Position numbers and translations under genes: made by a program
The notes under the pieces: generated by a model
The model's database searches: none
What the model saw: the letters and a program-made list of their open reading frames with translations, nothing else
Told to the model about the DNA's origin: nothing
From: an uncultured Clostridium sp.
GTDB taxonomy: Bacteria > Bacillota > Clostridia > TANB77 > CAG-508
Length of the DNA stretch: 64,000 nt
Reading direction: 5' to 3'
Assembly (NCBI GenBank): GCA_964596175.1
Contig: CAZQTH010000001.1
Location: 3,464 to 67,463, forward strand
Part shown: positions 20,707 to 30,793 of the stretch, piece after piece
Layout of the letters: each line of letters opens with the position of its first letter
How positions within the stretch are numbered: position 1 is the stretch's first letter

Positions 20707-21957
20707 CTAATTTAATTTATAAAACCTTTTATATAGTTCTCTTGCAGTACTTGGACAATCTACTCCTGCTGAATCTGCATTTTTTACTGGAGCAAATTCT
20801 TCCTCTCTTTTCACTCTTAAAATTGCCATATCATCTACTTCACTAAATGCATCAAAAAGAAAAGCTTCAAATTTATAGGCATTTGGTGAATCTGGAACAA
20901 CAACATTTCCATCTTTGTCAAGATAGCTCGCTTTTTTATATGCTACATGATATGGAAGAGGTGCTGCACCCATTCTTTCCACTGCTTCTACACTAAATAG
21001 ATTGCAAAGAATATGAGATTCCCCATATAATAATTCTCCATTTTTATCTGTTGCTTCTGCCATTTCGTCTGTAATTTCTGTATATTCAATTACATTTGGT
21101 TTTCCATTTCTTCTGCAAAATACTCCTACTTTTTCATGAGGATTAGCTTTTACAACTGATTTACATGCTACTGTGACTTTTTTATCAATTGCAATTCCCA
21201 TAAGAACAGGATCTACCATTTTAACAAGGCAGTTATCAACTCCTCCGATAAATACCCATTCTACTCCCATTTCTTTCATCTTTTTAGTCATTTCTGTTTT
21301 TACTAAAGACTCATAAATTCCACCATGACCATCAGCAGCAAGTTTTATTAATCCATCCTCTCCTATTAATATTTTACCCTCTGTATCCATCATTGGTAAT
21401 TCTCCTTGAGTAAAAAAGAATAGGTTTTTATCTTTTTCGTAGCCAAAATATTTATGTTCTTTAAAAAATTTTGTTGTCTCTTCATTATTTTCTTTACTTG
21501 TCATGATAAACCAAGGTATAGTAATACCATATTTCTTACCTTCTTCTTTTATAGCATCGCATAATAACTCAAATAAAGATTTGTGTGAATCTAATCCTAT
21601 ATCATAAGTTCCCTTTGGTCCTGAATGACCAAGTCTTGTTCCTTGTCCTCCTGCCATTGTAACTACTGCTAATTTTCCTTCTTTTATTGCTTTTTTACCA
21701 ATATCTTCATAATATTTAAACTTATCTCCCAATTTAAATTTATCCAAATAATCTATTGGTGTTATTTCATCTTTATTATTTTTTACTTCTTTTTTTGTAC
21801 TTTCATATAAACTATTTACAAGATCAAAATCAATTTCATTTATTTGTTCTAGTAATTTTCTTTTATGCAACTCATCTAACTTATCATAATAATTTAATAG
21901 ATGCTCTTGCCCATACTTTTTTAAAATAGTTTTTACTTCTTCTAATTTATCATTCAT
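20707..21957 (-). CDS. UDP-sugar pyrophosphorylase (UDPGP/UAP1-type nucleotidyltransferase)
   Basis: MAGGQGTRLG nucleotide-binding loop and UDPGP family architecture. Confidence 0.7.
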   Translation of the reverse strand: MNDKLEEVKTILKKYGQEHLLNYYDKLDELHKRKLLEQINEIDFDLVNSLYESTKKEVKNNKDEITPIDYLDKFKLGDKFKYYEDIGKKAIKEGKLAVVTMAGGQGTRLGHSGPKGTYDIGLDSHKSLFELLCDAIKEEGKKYGITIPWFIMTSKENNEETTKFFKEHKYFGYEKDKNLFFFTQGELPMMDTEGKILIGEDGLIKLAADGHGGIYESLVKTEMTKKMKEMGVEWVFIGGVDNCLVKMVDPVLMGIAIDKKVTVACKSVVKANPHEKVGVFCRRNGKPNVIEYTEITDEMAEATDKNGELLYGESHILCNLFSVEAVERMGAAPLPYHVAYKKASYLDKDGNVVVPDSPNAYKFEAFLFDAFSEVDDMAILRVKREEEFAPVKNADSAGVDCPSTARELYKRFYKLN

Positions 21958-22032
21958 TTTTTTGTCTCCTTTTTTATATGTTTATATCTATTACTTATAT
22001 ACTATTTTTAAAAAAATATCAACCCTTTAATT

Positions 22033-22509
22033 TTATTTTTCTATTTTCTTTTCTCCCGTAGTACTTAATATATTTTTATACATTCCCATAACATTATACA
22101 AATTATCCCCAACTTCTCCTATGTCATAACAGTCTATTATTCTAATATTGCAATTATTATTTATCCATTTTTCTATATTTTCATTTATATTTTTTATATA
22201 ATTTTCTTTTCCTTTTATTAATATAATTATATCTTTATTTTTATCTATATCTTCCTTTATTTGTTTAAATTTATTTAAATCATCATTTTTCCAATTAATT
22301 CTAAATATATTATTTTTCTTTTCCTCTTTTAGATTAACTTTCTCCATTAATGTTTTTATTGTATCTTCTAAATTGTTTTCTGTTAAAATTACGATTTCTT
22401 TATGTTCTTCTAGTTTTTTCTCAATATAAGGTAATGTTATCATTTCAAAATGATAATCACTTGCATAAAATGCACATGTTTTTTCTTTTGTTATTTGATT
22501 TTTATTCAT
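22033..22509 (-). CDS. hypothetical protein (158 aa)
   Basis: Lys/Asn-rich soluble ORF; no family assignable. Confidence 0.45.
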   Translation of the reverse strand: MNKNQITKEKTCAFYASDYHFEMITLPYIEKKLEEHKEIVILTENNLEDTIKTLMEKVNLKEEKKNNIFRINWKNDDLNKFKQIKEDIDKNKDIIILIKGKENYIKNINENIEKWINNNCNIRIIDCYDIGEVGDNLYNVMGMYKNILSTTGEKKIEK

Positions 22510-22738
22510 AAAAAAACCTCTCCTTTTCTTTTAAACCATACGGAAATAAAGTTTTCCTCTTTCTGTTTACTGGTAAATTTTACCATTTCTTTACAAATAT
22601 GTCAATATTATTTCAAATATATTTCACAAAAAATTTTCGACATTTTTCTTGTATTTTTAAATAATGTATAAAATTATTCTAATTTGTTAATAATTAAAAC
22701 AAGAAGATTTTAGAAAAAAAGTTTATTGGAGGTAACTT

Positions 22739-23404
22739 ATGAAAAAAATATTAAATTTATTTAAAAATTCCAAGGTAAAAATGGTAATTATTTTAACTTT
22801 TCTACTTTTTTCATATACAACTATTTGTGCATTTTCATATGCTGAAAATGTTTCAACAGATATTTCAAATAGCGTTTTTAGATTACATGTAATTGCAAAT
22901 AGTGATAACGAAGAAGATCAAAATTTAAAATATAAAGTTAGAGATAAATTACTCGAATATATGAATGAAATTTGTGGCAATTGTGAAAGTAAAGAAGAAG
23001 CAATTGAAATAGTTACAGAACATCAAGATAATTTTAAAGAAGTTGCAGAAAAAACTGTCCAGGAAGAAGGATATTCTTATGATGTAAATATTAGTATTGG
23101 TAATTTTGAATTTCCAACAAAAAATTATGGCGATATATCCCTTCCTGCAGGTTATTATGATGCATTAAGAGTTGAAATTGGAGAAGCTAAAGGTCAAAAT
23201 TGGTGGTGTGTAATGTTTCCTCCCTTATGTTTTGTTGATATAAGTTCAGGAGTGGTTTCAGAAGATTCTAAAGAAGAATTAGAAGAAAATTTATCAGATG
23301 AGGAATATGCTTTAATTTCTGATGATTCAGATATTGCAATTCAATTTAAGTTTAAAATACTTGAGTTTTTCAACGAAAATGGTTTTATAACTGCAAGAAA
23401 ATAG
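22739..23404 (+). CDS. spoIIR: stage II sporulation protein R
   Basis: signal anchor then RLHVIANSD...NWWCVMFPPLC, hallmark SpoIIR motifs. Confidence 0.85.
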   Translation: MKKILNLFKNSKVKMVIILTFLLFSYTTICAFSYAENVSTDISNSVFRLHVIANSDNEEDQNLKYKVRDKLLEYMNEICGNCESKEEAIEIVTEHQDNFKEVAEKTVQEEGYSYDVNISIGNFEFPTKNYGDISLPAGYYDALRVEIGEAKGQNWWCVMFPPLCFVDISSGVVSEDSKEELEENLSDEEYALISDDSDIAIQFKFKILEFFNENGFITARK

Positions 23405-23508
23405 TTGCAAAGATTTTAACTTTATGTTATATTTGTATAATAATAGAGTGTAATTATATACGCTCTATTTTTATTTGAATTATTGTATTTTTAATGGAGG
23501 TAATATAA

Positions 23509-24771
23509 TTGGAAAAATTAGTAGTTACAGGACCTACATCATTAAAAGGGGAAGTTATAATAAGTGGAGCAAAAAATGCAGCAGTAGCAATATTACCCGC
23601 AACGCTTTTAATAGATGGTATTTGCACGATTGAAAATCTACCACATATTAGTGATATAGAGATTTCTTGCAAGATATTAGAAAAATTAGGTGCGAAAATC
23701 ACTTGGAATGATAAAAACTGTATTACAATAGATACAAGAAATATTACAACAACAAAAGCACCTCTAGATTTGACAAGCAAATTCAGGGCATCTTATTACT
23801 TAATAGGTTCTTTGCTTGGTAGAAAAGGTGAAATTGAAGTCGGAATGCCTGGTGGTTGTAAATTAGGTGCTAGACCAATTGATCAACATATAAAAGGATT
23901 TGAACTACTAGGTGCAACAGTTTCAGTTGAAAAGGGAAAAATAAATGCAAAAGGAAAAAAATTAAAGGGAAATTCTATTTATATGGATATTGTTTCTGTT
24001 GGAGCAACAATTAATGTAATGCTAGCTGCTGTTTTGGCAAAAGGTACAACTATAATAGATAATGCTGCAAAGGAACCTCATATAGTTGATGTTGCAAACT
24101 TTTTGAATACAATGGGAGCAGATATTCGTGGTGCAGGAACTGATGTTATAAAAATAAACGGAGTTGAAAAATTACATGGAAATGCAACTTATTCTGTTGT
24201 TCCAGATCAAATAGAAGCAGGAACTTTTATGCTTGCAGCAGTTGCAACAAGAGGAGATTTAACTTTAAAAAATTGTATTACAAAACACTTAGAATCTATA
24301 ACAGCAAAAATCATAGAAGTTGGCGGAAATGTTGAAGATAATGGTGATAGTATTCGCGTTTGGTGTAATAAAAGACCAAATAAAGCAAATATAAAAACTT
24401 TACCATATCCAGGTTTTCCAACAGATTTACAACCACAAATGGGTGTTGTTTTATCTTTAGCAAATGGTACTAGTGTAATTAATGAAAGTATATGGGATTC
24501 AAGATTTCAATATACTGATGAATTAAACAAAATGGGAGCTAAAATAACAGCCCAAGGAAAAACCGCATTTTTTGAAGGCGTAAAAAGATTAACTGGTGCA
24601 CCAGTATATTCTACTGATTTAAGAGCCGGTGCAGCTTTAGTAATTGCAGGCACAGCAGCAAGTGGCATAACAGAAATATATAATTTACAACATATTGATC
24701 GTGGATATGAAAACATAGAAGAAAAATTTAGAAAAATTGGAGCAAATATAAAAAGAGTAACAGAAGAATAA
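23509..24771 (+). CDS. murA: UDP-N-acetylglucosamine 1-carboxyvinyltransferase
   Basis: EPSP-synthase fold; catalytic Cys loop (GGCKLGARPID). Confidence 0.95.
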   Translation: MEKLVVTGPTSLKGEVIISGAKNAAVAILPATLLIDGICTIENLPHISDIEISCKILEKLGAKITWNDKNCITIDTRNITTTKAPLDLTSKFRASYYLIGSLLGRKGEIEVGMPGGCKLGARPIDQHIKGFELLGATVSVEKGKINAKGKKLKGNSIYMDIVSVGATINVMLAAVLAKGTTIIDNAAKEPHIVDVANFLNTMGADIRGAGTDVIKINGVEKLHGNATYSVVPDQIEAGTFMLAAVATRGDLTLKNCITKHLESITAKIIEVGGNVEDNGDSIRVWCNKRPNKANIKTLPYPGFPTDLQPQMGVVLSLANGTSVINESIWDSRFQYTDELNKMGAKITAQGKTAFFEGVKRLTGAPVYSTDLRAGAALVIAGTAASGITEIYNLQHIDRGYENIEEKFRKIGANIKRVTEE

Positions 24772-24782
24772 GGAAGTAAAAA

Positions 24783-25571
24783 ATGTTTAATTTTTGTAGT
24801 CTATATAGTGGAAGTAGTGGAAATAGTCTTTTTGTTGAAACAAAAAATACTAAAATATTAATTGATGCAGGTGTTAGTTGTAAGAAAATAGAAACAGCCT
24901 TAAATGATATAAATATTGATCCTAAATCTTTAGATGGTATTTTGGTTACACATGAACACGCAGACCATGTTCAATCATTAGGTACTTTTTCTAAAAAATT
25001 TAATTTACCTGTATATATTAATCAAGAAACTTTAGATGCTATACCTAAACAAAAAGATAAAATTTCTGATAATAATATAAAACTATTTAAAGTAACTGAT
25101 AAATTTGAAATAGGTGATTTATTAATCAAACCTTTTTCAATCCCTCATGATGCAGCTAATCCTTGTGGATTTAGTTTATATAAAGATGATAAAAAAATAA
25201 GTATTGCAACAGATATAGGTCATATGACAAACGATATTTTAAAAAACTTAGAAGAAAGTTTATTTGTTATGTTAGAAGCAAATTATGATCCAGAGGTTTT
25301 AAAATATTCTACATATCCTTTTTCTTTAAAAACAAGAATTGCAGGACCTAATGGTCATTTATCAAATGAAGTTGCTGGAAAAACTATTTCACATTTGATA
25401 AATTCTGGATTAAAAACTGCTATGCTAGGACATCTAAGTAAAGAAAGTAATTTTCCTGAACTTGCTTATCAAACTGTTATTGACGAAATACTTTCTAACA
25501 ATAATAAATCTCTTATGCTTAGTGTTGCTTCAAGAGACTCACATAGCAAAATTATTAATATAAAGGAGTAG
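24783..25571 (+). CDS. MBL-fold metallo-hydrolase (YycJ/WalJ-like)
   Basis: VTHEHADH metal-binding motif. Confidence 0.8.
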   Translation: MFNFCSLYSGSSGNSLFVETKNTKILIDAGVSCKKIETALNDINIDPKSLDGILVTHEHADHVQSLGTFSKKFNLPVYINQETLDAIPKQKDKISDNNIKLFKVTDKFEIGDLLIKPFSIPHDAANPCGFSLYKDDKKISIATDIGHMTNDILKNLEESLFVMLEANYDPEVLKYSTYPFSLKTRIAGPNGHLSNEVAGKTISHLINSGLKTAMLGHLSKESNFPELAYQTVIDEILSNNNKSLMLSVASRDSHSKIINIKE

Positions 25572-25572
25572 T

Positions 25573-26052
25573 ATGCTTAGTATTCACATTGTTTGTATTG
25601 GTAAAATAAAAGAAAAATATTTAAAAGATGCAATATCAGAATATAGTAAAAGACTTTCTAAATTCTGTAAACTGGATTTCATAGAACTTTCTGATGAAAA
25701 AATTCCTGATAAATTAAATCCTAATTTAGAATTAGAAATTAAGGAAAAAGAATCAAAACAGATACTTTCTCATTTACCAAAAGATTCTTTTAAAATTTCT
25801 TTAGATTTAAAAGGCAAAGAATTTTCTTCTGAAGAATTTTCTAAAAAACTCGAAGATATATCTATGGAAAATAGCCATATTTCTTTTATTATTGGTGGCT
25901 CTTTAGGTTTAACTAAAGAAGTTTTAGATAATAGCAACTTAAAAATTTGCTTTTCCAAAATGACTTTTCCCCATCAATTAATTAGAGTTTTTTTATTAGA
26001 ACAAATTTTTAGAGCATTTAAAATTTCACATGGTGAAACTTATCACAGATAA
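25573..26052 (+). CDS. rlmH: 23S rRNA (pseudouridine1915-N3)-methyltransferase
   Basis: 159-aa SPOUT protein with the conserved RlmH/YbeA N-terminus and C-terminal knot region. Confidence 0.9.
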   Translation: MLSIHIVCIGKIKEKYLKDAISEYSKRLSKFCKLDFIELSDEKIPDKLNPNLELEIKEKESKQILSHLPKDSFKISLDLKGKEFSSEEFSKKLEDISMENSHISFIIGGSLGLTKEVLDNSNLKICFSKMTFPHQLIRVFLLEQIFRAFKISHGETYHR

Positions 26053-26057
26053 TATAT

Positions 26058-26120
26058 GTTTTTTGTAGAGAAAATACACAGAAAAATAGGGTCTATTAAA
26101 TAATAATATTTTCTCTACAA
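26058..26120 (+). terminator. hairpin terminator downstream of rlmH
   Basis: TTGTAGAGAAAATA ... TATTTTCTCTACAA inverted repeat. Confidence 0.55.
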
Positions 26121-26632
26121 GATTAATGTATATAGTCTATCCTTTTTTATCTACCTGTTTTATTATATCTTTTGATAACTTTTTGATTACTAATTTTCTT
26201 ATTATAAAAAATATTGATATAAATATTATAAATTTCATATAATCCCTCGAAAACTTTAATTTTTATTTTTTTATTTTTTTATTTTTTCTTTTATATTTTG
26301 CTAATACCTGTTTCTTTAAATAAAACGGTGATTTTACTAGTTTTATATTTACTTCTTTCTTATTAATAATTTGTTTTTTGGAAACTCCGAATAAAATTAG
26401 ACTAAGTTTAAAATTAAATACTAGATTACAAAATGAAATCAAAAATTACTTATGCAACCCATTATCACCTACTTTTTTATTATTTTTTTCTCATGGAATT
26501 TTAAGATTAAAAATATAAAATAATTATTTTGATTAAAAGTAAAATTATAATACTACCATTTCCTGAAGATGTCAAGTGCTTTTTATACAAAAACGATTAA
26601 TTTTAATAAAAAATAATTCAATTACTAAATAT

Positions 26633-27160
26633 TTATAATAAAATCTGGCATACTACTGTACTTGCAATTATTCCAGCAATATCAGCTGCTAATGCTGCAA
26701 CAAGTATGTATCTTGTCTTTTTTATTTTTATACAGCTTGTATATACTGCAATTGTATATAATGTAGTTTCAGTAGAACCCATTATTACAGACGCAATATT
26801 ACCTATTAAACTATCTACACCAAAATTTTTCATAATATCAGTTGCAACTGCAATTGATCCGCTTCCTGATATTGGTCTCAAAATACTAAGTGGCATAAGT
26901 TCACTTGGAAAATTAAAAATATCAAGAACTGGACTTGCAATTTTTATAATTAAATCTAAAACACCTGAACTTCTTAAAGCACCTATTGCTAAAAATAATC
27001 CTACTAACGTTGGTAAAATACTTAGAGTTGTTTTGATTCCTTCTTTTGCTCCATCTAGAAATGTATCAAATACTTTATTTTTTTCTCTCACTCCATACAT
27101 AACAATTAATAATATTACTATTGGCATCGCTACATTTGACAGAAAATTTATTATTTTCAT
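26633..27160 (-). CDS. spmB: spore maturation protein B (nucleoside-recognition/Gate domain)
   Basis: polytopic about 175 aa; pairs with the upstream spmA-like gene; overlapping stop/start. Confidence 0.8.
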   Translation of the reverse strand: MKIINFLSNVAMPIVILLIVMYGVREKNKVFDTFLDGAKEGIKTTLSILPTLVGLFLAIGALRSSGVLDLIIKIASPVLDIFNFPSELMPLSILRPISGSGSIAVATDIMKNFGVDSLIGNIASVIMGSTETTLYTIAVYTSCIKIKKTRYILVAALAADIAGIIASTVVCQILL

Positions 27161-27750
27161 CTATACTTCTCTCCTTTTGTTAATTTTATTACAATTTTAG
27201 CTACAACTATTCCAACTATTGCAGCAATAATAGTCGCAATCCAAGTTGGAAATACTATAGATGTTGGATTTTCAGAACCAAGAGAACTTCTAATTGCTAT
27301 AACTGTAGTAGGAATAACTTGAATAGATGCTGTATTTACCACAATAAACATCATCATTGAATCTGATAATGTATCTTTTCTTTCATTTTCCTCTTGCATT
27401 GATTTCATCGCTTTTAATCCAAGTGGTGTAGCAGCATTTCCCAAGCCTAATATATTTGCAACCATATTCATTGAAATCTCTTTCTTTATTTTTTTATTCT
27501 GTTTTAATTTTGGAAATAAAAAATTAAGAATAGGCTCTAACAATTTTGTCAGATTTTCTATTAAACTAGTTTTACTTGCTATTTGCATAATTCCACTCCA
27601 GAGACACATAGTCCCTAGTAAATCAATTGATAAACTAATTGCTGAATTGGTGCTTTCAAAAATGGAATTATTTAAATTTTCTAGATTCCCTGAGAAGATT
27701 GCAAACGAAAATGATATTATTATAAAAATTGGCCAAACTATATTTAACAT
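27157..27750 (-). CDS. spmA: spore maturation protein A
   Basis: 197-aa polytopic Gate-domain protein directly upstream of spmB. Confidence 0.8.
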   Translation of the reverse strand: MLNIVWPIFIIISFSFAIFSGNLENLNNSIFESTNSAISLSIDLLGTMCLWSGIMQIASKTSLIENLTKLLEPILNFLFPKLKQNKKIKKEISMNMVANILGLGNAATPLGLKAMKSMQEENERKDTLSDSMMMFIVVNTASIQVIPTTVIAIRSSLGSENPTSIVFPTWIATIIAAIVGIVVAKIVIKLTKGEKYR

Positions 27751-27881
27751 ATTATCACCACTTAATTTTATTTAAATAAAACACTTTTTATTCCAAATGT
27801 AATTGACCAAGTCTTTTATTTATGATATAGTAAGGGTAATTAGATGGATTGTAATATATAACTTTTAAGGAGGATTTAATT

Positions 27882-28139
27882 ATGAAATCAACAGGTATTA
27901 TTAGAAGAATGGACGAACTCGGTAGAGTAGTAATTCCAATTGAAATAAGAAATCAATTTAATATAGTTGAAAAAGATCCAATCGAAATCTATGTAGATGG
28001 ATCAACAATAGTATTGAAGAAATTCGAGCCTAATTGTATCTTCTGTGGTAATACAAAAAATTTATTAGAGTTTCATAATAAATTAATTTGTAAAGACTGT
28101 TCTAAAAAAATAGGAGATTTAAAAAATAAAAACAAATAA
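27882..28139 (+). CDS. abrB: AbrB-family transition-state regulator with a C-terminal Cys4 (zinc-ribbon-like) tail
   Basis: MKSTGIIRRMDELGRVVIPIEIR swapped-hairpin N-domain; C-terminus CIFCGN...CKDC instead of the usual AbrB C domain. Confidence 0.8.
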   Translation: MKSTGIIRRMDELGRVVIPIEIRNQFNIVEKDPIEIYVDGSTIVLKKFEPNCIFCGNTKNLLEFHNKLICKDCSKKIGDLKNKNK

Positions 28140-28140
28140 A

Positions 28141-28165
28141 GATGAAGCTTTTGTTTCATCTTTAT
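28141..28165 (+). terminator. hairpin terminator after the abrB-like gene
   Basis: AGATGAAGC-TTTTG-TTTCATCT then T-run. Confidence 0.5.
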
Positions 28166-28171
28166 TTGTTT

Positions 28172-29002
28172 CTATATAAATTTCTTATATATTTCATTTT
28201 TATTCACATTTCTATCTTTAGCAATTTTTTTTATTATTTCTTTTTTATCTAAACCTTGATCTTCATAATATTTATAATGTTCTTCTATACTTAAATCACA
28301 CAAATTATTTTCTTTTTCTTTATAATTTCCTTCAATAATTAAAACCATTTCACCCTTTAAATTCTCTACTTTTGATAATATTTCATCTATATTTCCCCTA
28401 ATAAATTCTTCATGTATTTTTGTTATTTCTCTTGCTAAAACTATCTTTCTATTTTTATCAAGAACTTTTTCTAAGTCTATTAAAGTATTTTTTATTTTAT
28501 GTGGTGCTTCATATAAAATAATTGTTTTATTAATATTTTTTATTTCTTCTAATTTTTCTTTTCTATTTTTCTTATTTAACGGAAGAAAGCCAAAAAAACA
28601 AAATTCTTTTGTGTTTATTCCTGATGCGATTAAAGCATTTATCATAGCACAAGCACCTGGGATTGGAACTATTTTTATATTTTCTTTAATACTATTTTTT
28701 ACAATCTCTTCTCCAGGATCACTAATTCCAGGTGTTCCTGCATCTGATACTAATGCAATATTCTTTCCTTCATTTAGTTTTTTAATTAACTGTTCACATC
28801 TAAATTCTTCGTTATGTCTGTGATAACTAATCATTGGTTTTGAAATTTTTAAATGATTTAATAATTTTAAAGTATGCCTTGTATCTTCTGCTGCTATTAA
28901 ATCAACTTCTCTTAGTACATTTATTGCTCTTAATGTAATATCATCTAAATTCCCTATTGGTGTTGCAACTAAATATAATATTCCTTGTTCTTTTTGCTTC
29001 AT
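28172..29002 (-). CDS. rsmI: 16S rRNA (cytidine1402-2'-O)-methyltransferase
   Basis: tetrapyrrole-methylase fold; LYLVATPIGNLDDIT N-terminus. Confidence 0.9.
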   Translation of the reverse strand: MKQKEQGILYLVATPIGNLDDITLRAINVLREVDLIAAEDTRHTLKLLNHLKISKPMISYHRHNEEFRCEQLIKKLNEGKNIALVSDAGTPGISDPGEEIVKNSIKENIKIVPIPGACAMINALIASGINTKEFCFFGFLPLNKKNRKEKLEEIKNINKTIILYEAPHKIKNTLIDLEKVLDKNRKIVLAREITKIHEEFIRGNIDEILSKVENLKGEMVLIIEGNYKEKENNLCDLSIEEHYKYYEDQGLDKKEIIKKIAKDRNVNKNEIYKKFI

Positions 29003-29027
29003 TTTCGTTTTCCTTTCATTTTTTATT

Positions 29028-29771
29028 TTATATTTTATTATAGATTTTTAATATTTTTTCTGTATAATTTCCATTTTCATCATAAATATATAAATTTTCA
29101 TGGACTCTTAGATACGGTTTAGCATTTTTTATTCCTTTAATTAATAATAATTTTGGTGGTTTATCTTTATTTGAATAAACAAATTTCATCTCTTTTGGCT
29201 CAATTTTGTATTTTCTAAGCACACTTAAAATATCAACTAATCTTTCTGGTCTATGAACCATATAAAACTCACCTTTATCTTTTAATAAATCTTTTGAGAC
29301 TTTTATAAAATCTTCTAAATTTGCTGTTATTTCGTGCCTTGAAATAATTTTTCTTTCATCATCATTGATAATTCCAGAATCTTTTTTCTTGTATGGTGGA
29401 TTTGTAACTATTACATCAAATGACTGGTTTTCATAAATTTTATTTAAATTTAATATATTTTCATTTAAGACTTGAAATCTATCCTCTAGATTATTTAATT
29501 TACTACTTCTTTCAGCCATGTTAGCTACTTCTTTTTGTATCTCTATTCCAATTACTTTTTTTAATTTTGTTTTTCCACAAAGTAAAATAGGAATAATTCC
29601 AGTTCCTGTTCCTAAGTCTAATACTTCGCTATTATTTTTTATATTTTTTGCAAAATCAGATAACAACACACTATCTATTCCAAAGCAAAAACCTTTCTTA
29701 TTTTGTATTATTTTTAAATCTTTAAACTCTAAATCATCTATTCTTTCATTTTCTTTTAAAATTGTTTCCAT
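29028..29771 (-). CDS. SAM-dependent methyltransferase, tRNA m6A37 (TrmN6/YabB-like)
   Basis: GTGTGI SAM motif and TNPPY amino-methyltransferase motif. Confidence 0.75.
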   Translation of the reverse strand: METILKENERIDDLEFKDLKIIQNKKGFCFGIDSVLLSDFAKNIKNNSEVLDLGTGTGIIPILLCGKTKLKKVIGIEIQKEVANMAERSSKLNNLEDRFQVLNENILNLNKIYENQSFDVIVTNPPYKKKDSGIINDDERKIISRHEITANLEDFIKVSKDLLKDKGEFYMVHRPERLVDILSVLRKYKIEPKEMKFVYSNKDKPPKLLLIKGIKNAKPYLRVHENLYIYDENGNYTEKILKIYNKI

Positions 29772-29861
29772 ATTATTTTCCTTTTATTTTTATAAACATT
29801 TATAATTTCCTTACATATTATATACTAAAATAGCCAAAAAATCAAAGTTTCGAGGTGTATT

Positions 29862-30032
29862 ATGGAATATAATGAAAATAGAGGTGACAAAAAAACACCT
29901 CATAAAAAACAATTTAATTTTAAAGTTTGTGGAAAAAATACAGTAAAATCACTAAATGAAGTAGAATATTTCCTAAATAATCTAAAAAAGTTTACACGTT
30001 ACATACATTTATATAAATTTTTTAGGAAATAG
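29862..30032 (+). CDS. small hypothetical protein (56 aa)
   Basis: GAGGTG RBS 7 nt upstream of the ATG; below the ORF-track size cutoff; weak. Confidence 0.3.
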   Translation: MEYNENRGDKKTPHKKQFNFKVCGKNTVKSLNEVEYFLNNLKKFTRYIHLYKFFRK

Positions 30033-30579
30033 CATTATATAAAGTATATATTTCATTAAACTCTTCATTTTCATTACCATTAATCAGTATTTTCACCCCA
30101 TTTACTTCTGTTAATTGTGTTAACGTATTTACTAGACTATTTATTAAATTTTCTTTTACCTTTTCATTAGTTGAATCATAATTTAAAAACTCACTTGAAA
30201 AGTCTAATATCACACAATCACCTTCCATTTGTGTGCTCAATAATTGTGTATTTTCTGGAATTATTTTTTCTCTGTCTTCATCTTTTGGCCCTTCAATTAA
30301 TAAATTTACTAATTTTTCATAAGGTTCATCTAATAATTCCTTTATATCTATTAATCTAGCTTCTAGTTCTAGTTCATTTGTTTCTTTATTAGAAAAATAC
30401 AGACTGACTATTGTTTGTCTTGATTGATCTTCAGATATTTCTTCTTCTGGAGTGTATTCTTCTATTATTTGTTCTTCTGTGTTATCTTCTTGGCTTAGAT
30501 AATTAATCAAAAAATATGCACCTATTATTAAAATAATAAATAGAATAGAAAAAATTATAATTATTTTTTTGTTTTTCAT
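30022..30579 (-). CDS. GerMN-domain sporulation/germination protein with N-terminal anchor
   Basis: signal anchor, acidic linker, GerMN-like domain (SLYFSNKETNELE...ILDFSSEF). Confidence 0.65.
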   Translation of the reverse strand: MKNKKIIIIFSILFIILIIGAYFLINYLSQEDNTEEQIIEEYTPEEEISEDQSRQTIVSLYFSNKETNELELEARLIDIKELLDEPYEKLVNLLIEGPKDEDREKIIPENTQLLSTQMEGDCVILDFSSEFLNYDSTNEKVKENLINSLVNTLTQLTEVNGVKILINGNENEEFNEIYTLYNAIS

Positions 30580-30793
30580 TTTATCCTCCTTCTTTTCTAA
30601 TATATATTCAATATTATTATTTGTTTGTCCTTTTTAGAACTTTAAATTTACTCATATTCACTAAAACTATTTTCTAACAATCCTAAAAAATAGTTCTTTG
30701 TTACAATATTTTCCATTTGACAAAATGCCATTTTCCGTATAAAATTAAGGTGTTTAAATATGTGTTTTTATATACGAAAAAGGAGATTTTGTC

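Noticed and set aside
26130-26632. 500-nt AT-rich gap upstream of spmAB, as a possible ncRNA or CRISPR leader
   Set aside because: No repeats with constant spacing, no conserved RNA motifs recognisable by eye; looks like a promoter or UP-element region
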